The notes under the pieces: model-generated
Database searches by the model: none
Seen by the model: only the letters and a program-made list of their open reading frames with translations
What the model was told of the DNA's origin: nothing
Part shown: piece by piece, positions 46,301-59,500 of the stretch
Layout: each line of letters starts with the position of its first letter
How positions within the stretch are numbered: the first letter of the stretch is position 1
Position numbers and translations under genes: made by a program
NCBI RefSeq assembly: GCF_001949145.1
Contig: NW_019091361.1
Coordinates: forward strand, 1,205,588 to 1,269,587
Reading direction: 5' to 3'
Length of the DNA stretch: 64,000 bases
Source of the DNA: Acanthaster planci
Taxonomy: Eukaryota

Positions 46301-47356
46301 GCATTAATTTATGCAGTTCCAAGATCTGCCTTCTTCAACTCCTAATTTTTTTTAGCATGGAATACTGAACCACTGCACGTGGGAACTGATGAACATTAGC
46401 GTGCAAGCAAGTACATGTAGATGCTTTCCTTAGGTGATGAATGAACCCTAACCACACTAGTTATCTTGCAGTAGGAATCGAAGGCGGCATTTTTAAAATG
46501 TCTGGTTCAGTGCATTCTTCAAAAATGGGAGCTGTCTAAATGACTGTTGTGTGAAAGATGCTTTAGATAGATTGGAAATCAAAGCTTATTTTAATGGTAA
46601 TAAAACTGCTTGAAAAGCCCCAAATCCTTGAACTGTTAATGCATTCCATCTCTTCCTGTATTCCAGCCATTCCTTTGGATGTAAATTTCTGCTCATTATC
46701 TTCCTGTTGGGCGAGTCGATGCACAACAGCCAGGTATGCATGCACAGTGTTGCAACTCCCTAGCAGTTTAAATTGGCCTTTCCATTCTCATCTTAACACT
46801 CCTCAGTCCTCCAACAGGTGAAGGATTGAGGAGGGTTAGGGTTAAGGTCTCATGTGGATCCTGATATTCTTGGACAGTCACGGTGGATGTTTGCAAATTG
46901 CAAGCTTACGCATGCAGACACTATTAAGTGCACTATATGTGAGAAGGTAGCTTAAATCTAACGGCGTACTTTTAATGAAGTCACTTCAAGGACTTGTAGT
47001 ATCCAGCCCTAGGGGTAAGTATCCATGGGATGTGATTCCTCAGGATTTAACCAAATTTCAGGGTTTTGACCACAATTTTTTTTTCTAAAGGATTCATCAT
47101 GAAGTCTTTTGCCTACTGTACTAACACCCAACCTGGGGCTAACATAAAGCCACTGCGGAAGAAACTCCTGCCTTGTGAGCTACGAACAATAAGTCCCAGC
47201 AGTTTGGTCACTGCTTCGCCTCCACTGGACGTTGCGTAGAATTCTCTTCATCCCCTCATCTCACACTGGTCATACCCTGGGATACATCACCACTTCACTG
47301 TGCATTATATACAAACCTCCTCTGGTCTCTGCCGCAGTTGGCCTAGTGTGGGTCCG

Positions 47357-47503
47357 TCAAGGTGCCAGAGCTCCCTCTGCCTGGCTGTAGTACTTGTTGA
47401 AGTCCAGTCTGAGTAACAGCTGGCTGAGGTGGGGGCTTGCCTGATGGTGGCTGCGCACACTGGATAGGATTTTGAACAGGAGCGAGGACTGCCGGCTAAA
47501 GCC
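47357..47503 (-). CDS. TUBGCP4: TUBGCP4 exon 14 (last coding exon)
   Basis: GFSRQSSLLFKILSSVRSHHQASPHLSQLLLRLDFNKYYSQAEGALAP*; TGA at 47359-47357. Confidence 0.92.
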   Translation of the reverse strand, partial: GFSRQSSLLFKILSSVRSHHQASPHLSQLLLRLDFNKYYSQAEGALAP

Positions 47504-50500
47504 CTGTCAAAGAAATGAGATACCGTCATTGCCAGGAGCATTTCCCCATGTTCTTTTTCTTTTCGAATTCAGTCAACAACAGCGCGCCATGTTCTTGGTA
47601 AAGGGCTGGTACTACAGTATGTGCTGGAGGTCACGGGATCAAATCCCACTCCAGTTGATATCTTTGTTCATGTATGTTCATTAATAAACAGCATCAACGG
47701 TTAAAATACTTCAGAAGTTTCAGCATAGCCAACACCAAATTTTGGCAGCAGAAAAAAAGAGTTCACACCTCTTCAGCACTGACATTTCTTCCTGTGTTTA
47801 ATTCTGGTCAAATAAATGAAAACCAACAGGTCCCAAAACAGAAAGACAATCTATTTATGTCAAGATCATATTCCAGGCAAATTACCAATACACGCTTTGC
47901 GTGTCGGCCATCTTACAGGACAGAGTGAGGTTTCCTGGTAGAACAAACAAACTGCCCTGCAAGATGGCTACCATGCAAAACTTCCATGTCCAGAGACCAA
48001 AACCCGGCTCTAGGCAAGAGATTCTGATGTCATCGTACATACCTGTGATAGTTTGTCCATGTGGGTCACTTCTCTGTCCGTCATGCTGGCTGCGTGTGTA
48101 ATCAGTAAGACAGCGAATGAGTGACACAGCTCCATGATTTCATTCAGACAGTGGCTCACCTAATGCAAGGGAGGAACCAGGAAGAGATACAGCATAAAGT
48201 CTCTGCGCCAACAAAAATCATGGTTTCCATTTTTCTTACAGAGCTCAGCAAGTCCCACAATCCGCTCCGAGCAGAAACCAAAAGGCACGTTTTTACATAG
48301 CAGCGCCAGTCCTGTGGAGGGAACTCGCTGTGTGCGCACACTTCCATTCATGCGTGTTCGGTGGGGGACGCATCGAGCACAGTTGAACCATTTCCAATAA
48401 ATTGAATATACAGTCTTCGTGTATGCAATGTGCACAAGCCAGGCTTGAAACCCTTGCACCAGCCTGTCTCAATTTTGCCAATGAGGGTGCGCCTCCACTC
48501 CGAGCAGATAACTACACATTAATACTCTCTATACCATTAACAGTTCTTGTTCTTATAACAGCATCACTAGGCCTGATTTCCCAACTTTCCCAACAGCCTG
48601 TGTTGGAGAAAAATTCCCACAGCACCTCACATTCATAGGCAAATGACACAAAGCACAGTAGAGGGCGCAAGTCAGGTTAGCAGTGTTTTCCCTGCAATTA
48701 TAAATTTCTGGAAGGGTTTCAACACCCAAAAGCATTTTATATTTGTGAATTTAGTCATGCAGGCTTAAGTCTGAATGAAACAGTAAAACACTTTGTGATG
48801 CCCTTTTTGCAGTCGAAGAGGGACGGAACAACATTTACCTGTCAAGTTTGACATTTTAAGTCAACACAGATTTTTATTTCAAAAGAGAAACAGGGGAGTC
48901 AGGTTGGCGTAGTGGTTCTTTCCTAGCGCCGTCCACCTCTGGTGGCCTGGGTTCAAATCTGGCTAGGTCTACATGTGGATTGGGTTTTCAGTCCCTACTT
49001 GAGTCTGTGGGTTTTCCTCAAATAATTTTTCAGGGTTTTCCTTCAACCTCTAAAACTGAACATTTCTTCATGGTCTTCTTCACTCATTTATCATCCTGTA
49101 ATTGGGGCTAAATGCGCTGTTGGATGAACAGATAAAATAAATGAATGAAATTTCAAAACAGAATTCACTCTCTGGCCTCAATTCAGTTTTAGCCTCCACA
49201 CTGAGACACAAATGAAGAACGGGTTAAGGAGTGCTCAAGATCTGACAAAAATGCAAAATCATTGGGGAAACATTTCCAACACGACAGTAACTTGCTGGTC
49301 CCCTTGACTGTGTTTTGTGCCAAATGCCTGGAAAGCAGGGCTTATTTCTCACCAACCACAGAGACTCACTGGTTTCATGAGCAGAAAACACTGGCCCAGG
49401 AGAGAGGTTAAGAACTGGTCGTGGGCCAGCCGTACTGCCTCAAAGTCCCTGGTGCTGCTAATCTTGTCAATCAGTTGGGTGAACTGAGTCTCCAGAACGT
49501 CCACCTGAAATCAGTGGACAGGCAAGCCAGAGCTGTAGTTGAGCTTATCAAGAGTCTCTCTAAGTCCATCACAAGTCCATCAAAAATCATCCAGCCTCAA
49601 GCCAAGTCAGAAACTACTCAAATCAACTGTGATAAAAGTAATTCTTTGCCATTGTTCATCCTGACTGGTCTTATGACTGGACTTGTGATGAATTCAACAA
49701 AGGGTGAAGAAAGTTGTAATAACCAAGTGCTTAACAAGACAAGGCTCGAGCATACATACACTCAAAGGCATGGTGAAAATTGTTGAAGTCAGCATGAATA
49801 TCATCCTTTGTACAATTACAGCACATGTGGCAAAAGAAAAATGACGACAGAAAAGAATGTGTACGAAGGACGGAATAAAAGAGCACCCAACGGGACACTT
49901 TGAAGCAAGATATTCAAACAAAGATCAAGATTGCATGATTCTGTGTGAACTCGACAAAACCAGCAAAAAGTTTCAAATGGCCACCCACTGTGCTGAAGCC
50001 ACAAGCCCAAGACACCATCTTTTCCCATAAGCTAATAAAACTCTTTGAAATCAATACCTGCAAACTAATTGGACTGCGGCTTTGCATTAACCCACCTGCA
50101 AGTAGTACTGTAGATTATCCACCAGGAAGGCCATGTGCGATCGCAGCCGCCACTTGCTGGCATCCGACTGCTCTGCGGGGGCATGCTTCCGCTGCATCTG
50201 GAGAGCCCAGCACTGCTGCAGTTCCAGCTGGACGCGCTTGATGCTCAACAGGAAACGGAACAGGGTGTTATATCTGAAGGTCCAGAGCAAAAGCTGAAGA
50301 TTTGACAGTGCAAGAGGCAGGTCTTTCATAGTGAGGAGCTACTGATGGTCACTGAATACAAGTAATGCAGTATTATCAAACGGGCTAAGTTGTGAACAGG
50401 TGAACAAGTCGCTTTTGTCAGGGGTGGAATCGGAGGAAATTGAAAAATCCATGAAATAATCACCAGCTGGGGCCAATTTCATAGAGCTGCTTAAACACAG

Positions 50501-53500
50501 AATATGCTTAAGCACATAAAACCTTGCTTACTAAACAAAGGTTACCAGCTCAAACTCCATGTGATTGTCATGCTAACCAAAAAAACAGGTAAATACCATT
50601 CCAAAACAACACCACAAGAACGTTTGGCTGGTAACCTGATTTGTCAAGCAAAGTTTTTTCATGCTTAAACAAATGTTTCGCTTAAGCAGCACTATGAACT
50701 TGGCTCCAGGCGTTTTGAGGGCTCCTGAGACAGGCTGAAGTCTACGGTATACATGTACCTTTGTTTTTGCCTATAGGCACCCTTTAAAATACCCTGTCTT
50801 GTGTTCTGTATCAACTGTTGTAGATTATGGAACAAATGGAATGGTAAACTCAGATTAATGCCAAAGTCAGGAAAATCCTGATGAAAAATCCTGAGATCAG
50901 GAAAAATCTCGACATATCTCAGCCCTGTAAAAAATTTTTTTTGGGGGGGGGTTGAACACTCACTTCTCCAAAGCCGCAGCATTGAAGAGTGTGTGTAGTG
51001 GCCATTGTACATTGTACGTCATGCCCAAGCAGTTCCAACCAATGTCTCCACTGCTCTTAGACTGAGGGGCGGCCTCCGACTCTGTGCAGTGACAATAAAT
51101 GAAAACATGATAAAAATGAAGGACATACAGTGAGATCAGATATCATTGGATTTGATAAACTACAAATCTATGCGTGATTAAATATGTACAAAGAGCAAAA
51201 ACAAGAATTGAATTTCATTATTCCATGTTAAGACTGGAAACTTTGAGTCCCATCAAGGTGGTGCATCTCTATGTGGAGGCCACTTTGTATTATCTTATCA
51301 GAGTACTGTTAGTTTCGTCTGTCAGCCTGGGAAATTGTAACTTAGATCAATAAAAAGAGCCTAATATGTACACAATGGAAAAATGCAACCGTGACCAGCA
51401 TACTGCTCATCATAACCAAACAAGGGATGATACTTAGTCTACGCGGGATCTTACTTTTGCTGGCACCCTTTATCGGAGTCTTAGAAGTTGCGGTCAGTCG
51501 CACTTGGCCCAGGGATGTGTCGTCTTCAAGGAGAACTTTGTGAGCAGCTTGACGAAAGGCCAAGTTGACATCTGATGATGGAAGAAAGGGGCAAGAGTGA
51601 ATTATTACATGTGTGACTGGCTCTGCCAAAATGGCCCTTGGGCTTATGTGTGACACATTGATTTTAAGTGATGTCTACACATAGAGAGGCACTTTATTAA
51701 AACCCTCCTATGCTGAAGTCACTCTTTGGGTCATTTGGTGAACACCTCAAAGAAGCACAGCTGTGTTGTGTTGTGCACTGCACCAACTGTCCCTCACAGA
51801 AATATCAGATTGCACTTTTGTGCTGCCTAACAACTGTGCTTCACTGTTTCATGTGCATAATTGTGCAGTAANNNNNNNNNNNNNNNNNNNNNNNNNNNNN
51901 NNNNNNNNNNNNNNNNNNNNNNNNNNNNNNNNNNNNNGGATTAAATTTGTATATTTTTGACCGCTGTCGCATATTCTATTGCTGAGATACAGTACAATTT
52001 AGATTTGATCTCTGGCAGGTGTACGGAATGGTCTGTTACATACAGAGGCATAGCATGACTTAAGGGCCTTTTTTGCAGAGTGGGTCACATATGAGAAAAA
52101 ACACAATCATTTTGTGACACTTTGGATTCTTCAGAACTACACTGTCCCACTGTCCTGGTAAGTACAGAAGTACTGGTGGCAAAATGAAAACCAAACATGT
52201 TAGACAAAAAAAAAGACACATTGGAATTCAGTAGGTGTTCATTTTCGTTCGCATTTTAAGCAGGTAATTCTGACAAGTCCCTTTTCTTTTACCTAGTACA
52301 GTCATACAGCTCGAAGTCGGAAAGGAAGAAATTCCATACACCATATAAAACAGTGAACATGTACATGTATTTGAATATTGAATGGGGTGCACGAAGATTA
52401 GAGGAAATGTTGCAGCCTCCCACTCAACCTTAGCTTGCTACATCCAAAGAGAAATTGTTTAGCCTCATTAAAAATAGAACTTTAGACCATGTTAATGTCT
52501 AAGTATCCAATTGAAAATTTCCTCCTAGCCAATCTGTTCTACACTTACCATGCTCGGTCGTGGAGGTGGGCGGAGTTTTCAGCAAGTTTTGGGCATGGTC
52601 GATGAAGGCTAAGAACAGCTCTCCTCTTCCCAGGAGGAAAAAGTCCTTGAGTGTGTGCAGCTGGCCTACAAGATCTGATTCTTCAACCACTAACCTCCAC
52701 AGGTGCTGCAATGAGAAATCACTCATTGGTCCATGTTTATCAGCTCTCCAGTGTCTCCTGACGACGGACTGAGCACGCAGTCTGAGACGTTGAGTATACT
52801 CCCGGGTTCTTTTCAGAATCACCCCATACTCCTAAGAGATATATTCCTTTGCATGGTGCTAGCGCAAACCTTTCCACTTATTGCTGTCTTCCATCATGAA
52901 CAGCCTGAAATTCCATTTACCGGCTCTATTGACACTTTCACTTCAATATTTAACAGTAAGTATGGTACTTGAAATGAATTCGGCCCAAACATTGCTTCAA
53001 AGTGACGCTCATGATGTCCACGTCGTGCTCTTTTTCATCCTCAAATCACTTTAATCCACTGATTTCCCCATGCTTTTTGTTAGGAACAATACTATAGTAG
53101 CATGTATCAGCAACACACTCCAAGGAAACCACGCTTATCTACTGATATTAAACTTGCACCTTCCAATGCAATCCATTTCAAAGCCCTCTGATGTGGGGGG
53201 GTATTAAACATATCCCACGACTGGCCCAAAATAACATCGGGAAAGCAAGGATTAACAGAAACTGTCCACTACAAGTCACCAGATCAAGAAATGATTGACT
53301 ATGTCAGACAATTATATGTACAAGAAATACATGTGCAAATGCTGGTGTACCTCGGCCACACAGGATCGGATTCCATCGATGGCATCTTCGAAGTTCTTGA
53401 TGGAGAAGAGTGGTTCTTGCCTCAGCTGGTGGAATCTGCTCGCAAATATGTCCTCCTTGTCTCCCAACACCGAGTCTAGCAGAAAGTTATTTTGTGTCAT

Positions 53501-56500
53501 AAAATGAATCATTGAAGAATGCAACAAATCACAGCTTCAAGTTATGAGTGTGGGTCGAAATACAAACTTGTCAATAAAATCAAATTGCTTCTAACCCTAA
53601 CCTAACTGACAGCTACAACATAGTACCTAGAAGTAAAATGTGTTACACAGTACTGTGGCTTGTATGAGTATATGACCTTATTGGTGTCTGAAGCCATAAT
53701 ATATGCCAGTGGGTTAGGTCCTCAANNNNNNNNNNNNNNNNNNNNNNNNNNNNNNNNNNNNNNNNNNNNNNNNNNNNNNNNNNNNNNNNNNNNNNNNNNN
53801 NNNNNNNNNNNNNNNNNNNNNNNNNNNNNNNNNNNNNNNNNNNNNNNNNNNNNNNNNNNNNNNNNNNNNNNNNNNNNNNNNNGTATGCTGTAGTGTTGAG
53901 TCTCGTACCCCAGATCATATGCCAGGGGGTTAGGGCTAATAAATAGATGTCGCTTTTAATTACTGTTCTTTTATTTCCTATCAACTTTCATTAAAATGCC
54001 CAAAACAAAAGAATCATCTTCACCTACACTGTTTCAGAGTGTTTTAATCACAGATGCTCCTTCCTTATATTACTACTCTTTTACAGCAAAAACCACTCCA
54101 TTTGCTTGTACTCTCTATTGCAGCGAACCAAAATCTGACCTGTGTATTTAGAAGCCACAGTCTGCTTTCGATTCTCAAACATCTGAACCGATTCCCCGAC
54201 AAAGAGGATCTTCTCAGCCACTCGTACTGGGATGTAGCTAGGCAGCATGGCGGGCCTGATGGCGTACAGGGTGTGGGCTGGCCGCTCTGGAAGTCTTCCG
54301 TCTTCATTCAGTTGCTGAAAAATAATTCCCAGAAAGTCAGAGATGTCAACACTTCAATGATCAAAGTGAAATCAATATTGGTAAACCTTATGCACCGCAC
54401 AGGGCCACAGAAAAATGAAACCTTGGATAAATGTTCATTTTTTCGGCATTCTTAGTGATTATTTAGTCTTGATTATCTGAGTGCTCTTGGCATTCCTACA
54501 AGGAATGAGCAAGTTGTGTATTTAAACAGCACATGTCCATCATGAAGCACGCTGTACATCCCTCACGTACATCGCACACTGACAGAACATATTCAAACTG
54601 ACATGCCCATTTCTCAAATACCCTTGCCTTGCTGAGACACTGAACTGGCTCATATTTCCTAAATCCTCCAAAATGCCACCAATGTACATGTACAGGGAGG
54701 AGTCAAGGCCAATTCTTCATGGTCCGCCTTTAAATGGGCATCAAGCCCCATAAACAGCAATGAACATTGGGATCTACCTTCTAAGAAGGCTGGGTGAGCC
54801 ATAATAAAGACTTAAATTATCATTCAGATCCCATATGACATAGAAGAACCAATAATTTCAAGAGAACAAGTCCTGTAATCGGTGGATCTGCCTCTACCAA
54901 CTCACTCCAACCATAGCTTTAACTTGTGACCTGAGGTACCCAAAGCACCCCACTAGAAGGACATTAACTTCTACGTCAACCTGACGGCTCAAACAGACTA
55001 CAATGCAAGTCATGCAGGAATAAAGCGCACATCTTACCATGACCTCCCTCATCTGTCTTCCAGTCACCCCACCAATACCAAGATCATCATCGTCATACTG
55101 TCTCTCAACCAGGCTGGAAACGGCCGACTTATGGATGAAGAATTCACTGTGTCTGTCCAGGAGCATGCCGTGAAGCAGCCAGGCAGTGACTTGACGGTAC
55201 AGGACGCAGTGGCACACAAACAGAATCCTGCGCAGGAAGCGGGATCCTATAACTCTCACATTCTTTCTTCCACAACCTGCCAACATTTTTCTCATCATTT
55301 TCAAATGTTGAAACTGATTCCTAAGTGCTACCTGCGCCAAATAATGCAGAGTACATTCCAAAAATGAAGGTTTGAAATTTTAAACTCTTTGAGAAGAGCA
55401 GAGCAAGAGGTGAGGTGAGCTAAGATGATCTTGGCGGTTTCAAAATAAGTTCGTAGTGTCATAAATGTAGTGATTATATTATGACTTGAATCTTGTTTTC
55501 TTGTACCGAATCAAAAATATGCCATTTCTACAATGACAATTAACAACTAGTCTTTAAAAAATGCAATCTTCCTAGAGAAACATACTTCTGAAATGCATCT
55601 TTCACCATTGGCTTGCCGCAATTACAGTGTTGGTGCACTATCTCCAGGATGTGGCCTCCATGTCCCCTCTGGTACCGGATCTGCTCTATAACTGCCCACA
55701 GGTCGGGGAACAGCAGCTGATATGGCTCTAGCACCTCCTGGATGTGGCATGGTGTCAAGTGTGGGTCTAACAGGATCTGAAAAACATCCAGTCCAAAGCA
55801 TCATATCACCACTTCAAGTTCTTGTAGAATTCAGGCTAATAAAAAGTATTTAGAGCAAAGTCTTTGTTCAAATGTACTTACATGTACGTCATACGTACAA
55901 GTGTAATGGGGTCGGAAAAACAATTTCTTTGCAATCTTATGCAACAACACAAAAGAATATCAAAATCATACAATACCCTCTTGGTTGATTCCCCGTTTGC
56001 CTCCATAGTTTGTGACTAATACAAGTGTTAAACAAATTTATTACACAGAATTTGAACGGGCAGGTCATGTTTCTTTAATTTGATTCCCAATATTAACCCA
56101 ATCAAAAAACAGCAGTGCAAAATTGTCTCTTACCTCCTGTTCGAGCCGAAGTAACTCTTTCCTATACGGATCCAACACTTTGTCCAGACCAGCACAGAAG
56201 GCTCGAAGGTACAGACCGTCTCTAAGTTTGAGGTGATCTGCAGCAAGGAAAATGAAACTTGGCTGTGACCGTATCCTCACACAAACCTGTAGCACAATAT
56301 CNNNNNNNNNNNNNNNNNNNNNNNNNNNNNNNNNNNNNNNNNNNNNNNNNNNNNNNNNNNNNNNNNNNNNNNNNNNNNNNNNNNNNNNNNNNNNNNNNNN
56401 NNNNNNNNNNNNNNNNNNNNNNNNNNNNNNNNNNNNNNNNNNNNNNNNNNNNNNNNNNNNNNNNNNNNNNNNNNNNNNNNNNNNNNNNNNNNNNNATACA

Positions 56501-59500
56501 TGAACAGGAAACTCTAGGTAAAGGGGTCAAACAACAACTTGCCCATTACTAAAAAAATTGTACAGCATTCCTTCAAACCAAACTCGAAGAACACCAAGGT
56601 GCAATTCCAAGTTAGAGTACGAAGCCATTTGGAACGTACTGGCATTAAGAATAGCAACTACATGTAGCACTAGTACAAGCCAGACATCTATTTATGTATG
56701 CACCTGTTTACATACCACTAGGGTATATGCTGGCACCTGTACACACACTCCCACACATAAATATATCTATGTACACATAAAACAAAACATGATCATGACA
56801 AAGTCAAAGCACAGCAGCTGTTAAGATACATGCATTCCCATTTTTTCTTTATATTGTAACACACATATTGTCATTGTCCACACATTGTACCTTTACCTTT
56901 TGGAGCATCTCTGGATGGATCTAATGAGCTACTTGGCGAGCCGCTATATTCCTTGATAAATTCTCTGAAGCGTCTGTAGTGTGTTCCAAGTATGCACAAC
57001 CTGTTCAGAATAGACACCTCGCTGCGGTGAAGAAACGGTATATCTGGAACCACCTGCCAGCAGAAAAATGACCCCATTACATGTACATGTACGTTAAGCA
57101 TGTTAAGTATCATTTCAATGGTGAAATACCGGTACATGTGCATATGACGCAAGATATGGGGCGGAGAGAACCCCCCTCATCGCCTTTGTGTTGGTCATTG
57201 TTTGACCAGAATCTCAGGAATTCTTTACAAACTTCTGGGGGGATGTGTTTGGTAACAATAGTCTAGAGTGTGTATAGGGATTGGACATGTGTGTGGGGGG
57301 AGGGTTACCCATCGGCCCCATATAATGCACAGTATCTACATGTGTGAACAAAATACATGTACATATAGTTGGTTCTACAGTGGACTCTACCTGGCTACGC
57401 ACGTCATACATTACATGTACGGGTACGTAATGTACAGTATGTGTACATTTTTGGGGGTCAAGGTTAATTTAACTGCATTGGTGTTAAAATATCAATTTAA
57501 GTGGGAAACTATATGTACATGTATGGTTATGTACATTGTACATTACAAGTGCATCATACATTGTAGGTACATGTATCTGCAATTGACTCTGTAGCATGGT
57601 ACATGTACAGGGTACAACTTACATACNNNNNNNNNNNNNNNNNNNNNNNNNNNNNNNNNNNNNNNNNNNNNNNNNNNNNNNNNNNNNNNNNNNNNNNNNN
57701 NNNNNNNNNNNNNNNNNNNNNNNNNNNNNNNNNNNNNNNNNNNNNNNNNNNNNNNNNNNNNNNNNNNNNNNNNNNNNNNNNNNNNNNNNNNNNNNNNNNN
57801 NNNNNNNNNNNNNNNNNNNNNNNNNNNNNNNNNNNNNNNNNNNNNNNNNNNNNNNNNNNNNNNNNNNNNNNNNNNNNNNNNNNNNNNNNNNNNNNNNNNN
57901 NNNNNNNNNNNNNNNNNNNNNNNNNNNNNNNNNNNNNNNNNNNNNNNNNNNNNNNNNNNNNNNNNNNNNNNNNNNNNNNNNNNNNNNNNNNNNNNNNNNN
58001 NNNNNNNNNNNNNNNNNNNNGTACATTGATATTTAATATGTTTGCATTACATGTACATGGTATGGTGGTGCCATAAGAAGCTACATGTACATGTATGTCT
58101 AAATGTAGTGTAATCCAGTATAGGCCTACTAGTAAATCTAGTCAATTCATTCTTGGGGGAGTGCATGAAACCAACAGAGACAGGACTCAGGTACAGGTAC
58201 ATTTCAGAACTGAGAACCTCTCAGCGACAACGTCCTGGTAAAACTGTCATTCTTGATGAAAGCCGAACTTTGAATCATAAAAGTTGCACTTCCTTCTTAA
58301 CAGTTGATGTTGATTAATCTTAAGGCAGATATTGTGGAAAAATTAATCGGCGACTTTTTGGGGTGATGGGATTCCTTTCTTGCAACTGGCATGACTGGTG
58401 GGTTGAATGCTAATGATGCTGCATACCCACACATACATGGACATGTATGTGTTCATCCCACTTTGTTGAGTTATTAATCTCAGTCAACATCTAATAAAAG
58501 TTAAAACATTACTGATAGGCGCAAGTTTACATGAAGAACGGACTCTGCATTAAACCACTCTTTCCCTCACTGCAGCTTCTCAATATATTACTGCTTGTAA
58601 TCTAGACTTGGCCTTTGATGGTACGGTACTAATGCTCAGTAATAATAACTGGCACCTATGTACAGCAGCAACAAGTGTTCATGACAAATTTAAACCCACA
58701 AAGCCACGCTAGGCGTCTCTCAGTATCTTGGACAGCGATCAGTGGAGCTGGGCAAGCTTCAAACCAATCCAATTAGGGCCAATCACATTTGACAGCATAC
58801 AAATGAAATGTGGTTGCATGAAAGGTCTCAACCATGTCAACAGACCAGTCCGAGTACAATGTCTACTAGCACTGACTAGCCCTGCAGCCCAAAGTATCTG
58901 GTCTGGAGACTGCACCAACCTCTGCTCTGATACACTTGAAGCTGATGATCCAAAGAATAAAATAATCCTGTGTAACAAACTACATGCAGTTGGACAAGCC
59001 AGAGACTGAATGTCATCATAAGACGGAACTTTTCATGGTTTCTGAGTTTTTTATTGAACAAGGATGCTGAATGCAGTCATTAATGCAGGCTTTATCTTCT
59101 TAAACTTTCTTTTGAGAGTGAAACTAACCACATTTTAAAACCAAACACTCCTTGACAGGGAACTGCTTGATCATAACTGAAACAAGGTCAAACCGAAACC
59201 GTTTGTTTACAGTCTGCCAGTAACCATGGAAACTACTACAAAACGTGCAGAAATTAAAACCACTTCAAATTCTACAGCACCAGAGGCCCAGTTTGCAACT
59301 GAATCAACACCATTTGAAACTGTTGCTGGAATTTTTCTGGTACTGACCATCTCTGCAAACTTCGTCCTGAATCCCCTGATGCTTGTCACCTTACGGCGCA
59401 CCACCAGCATCCAGCCTTTAACCAAACCGTTCATGGCTTCTCTCGCCCTGGCCGATCTTTGCAGCAGCGTATGGTGGATCTTTCACACAACAGAGGTGTT

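Noticed and set aside
49421..49786. 121-aa ORF on + (and similar ORFs at 54054, 52560 and 34574)
   Set aside because: Antisense shadows of real exons with no independent motifs.
57596..58076. Long ORFs spanning N runs (also at 3929, 53643 and 56222)
   Set aside because: Artefacts of translating assembly gaps.
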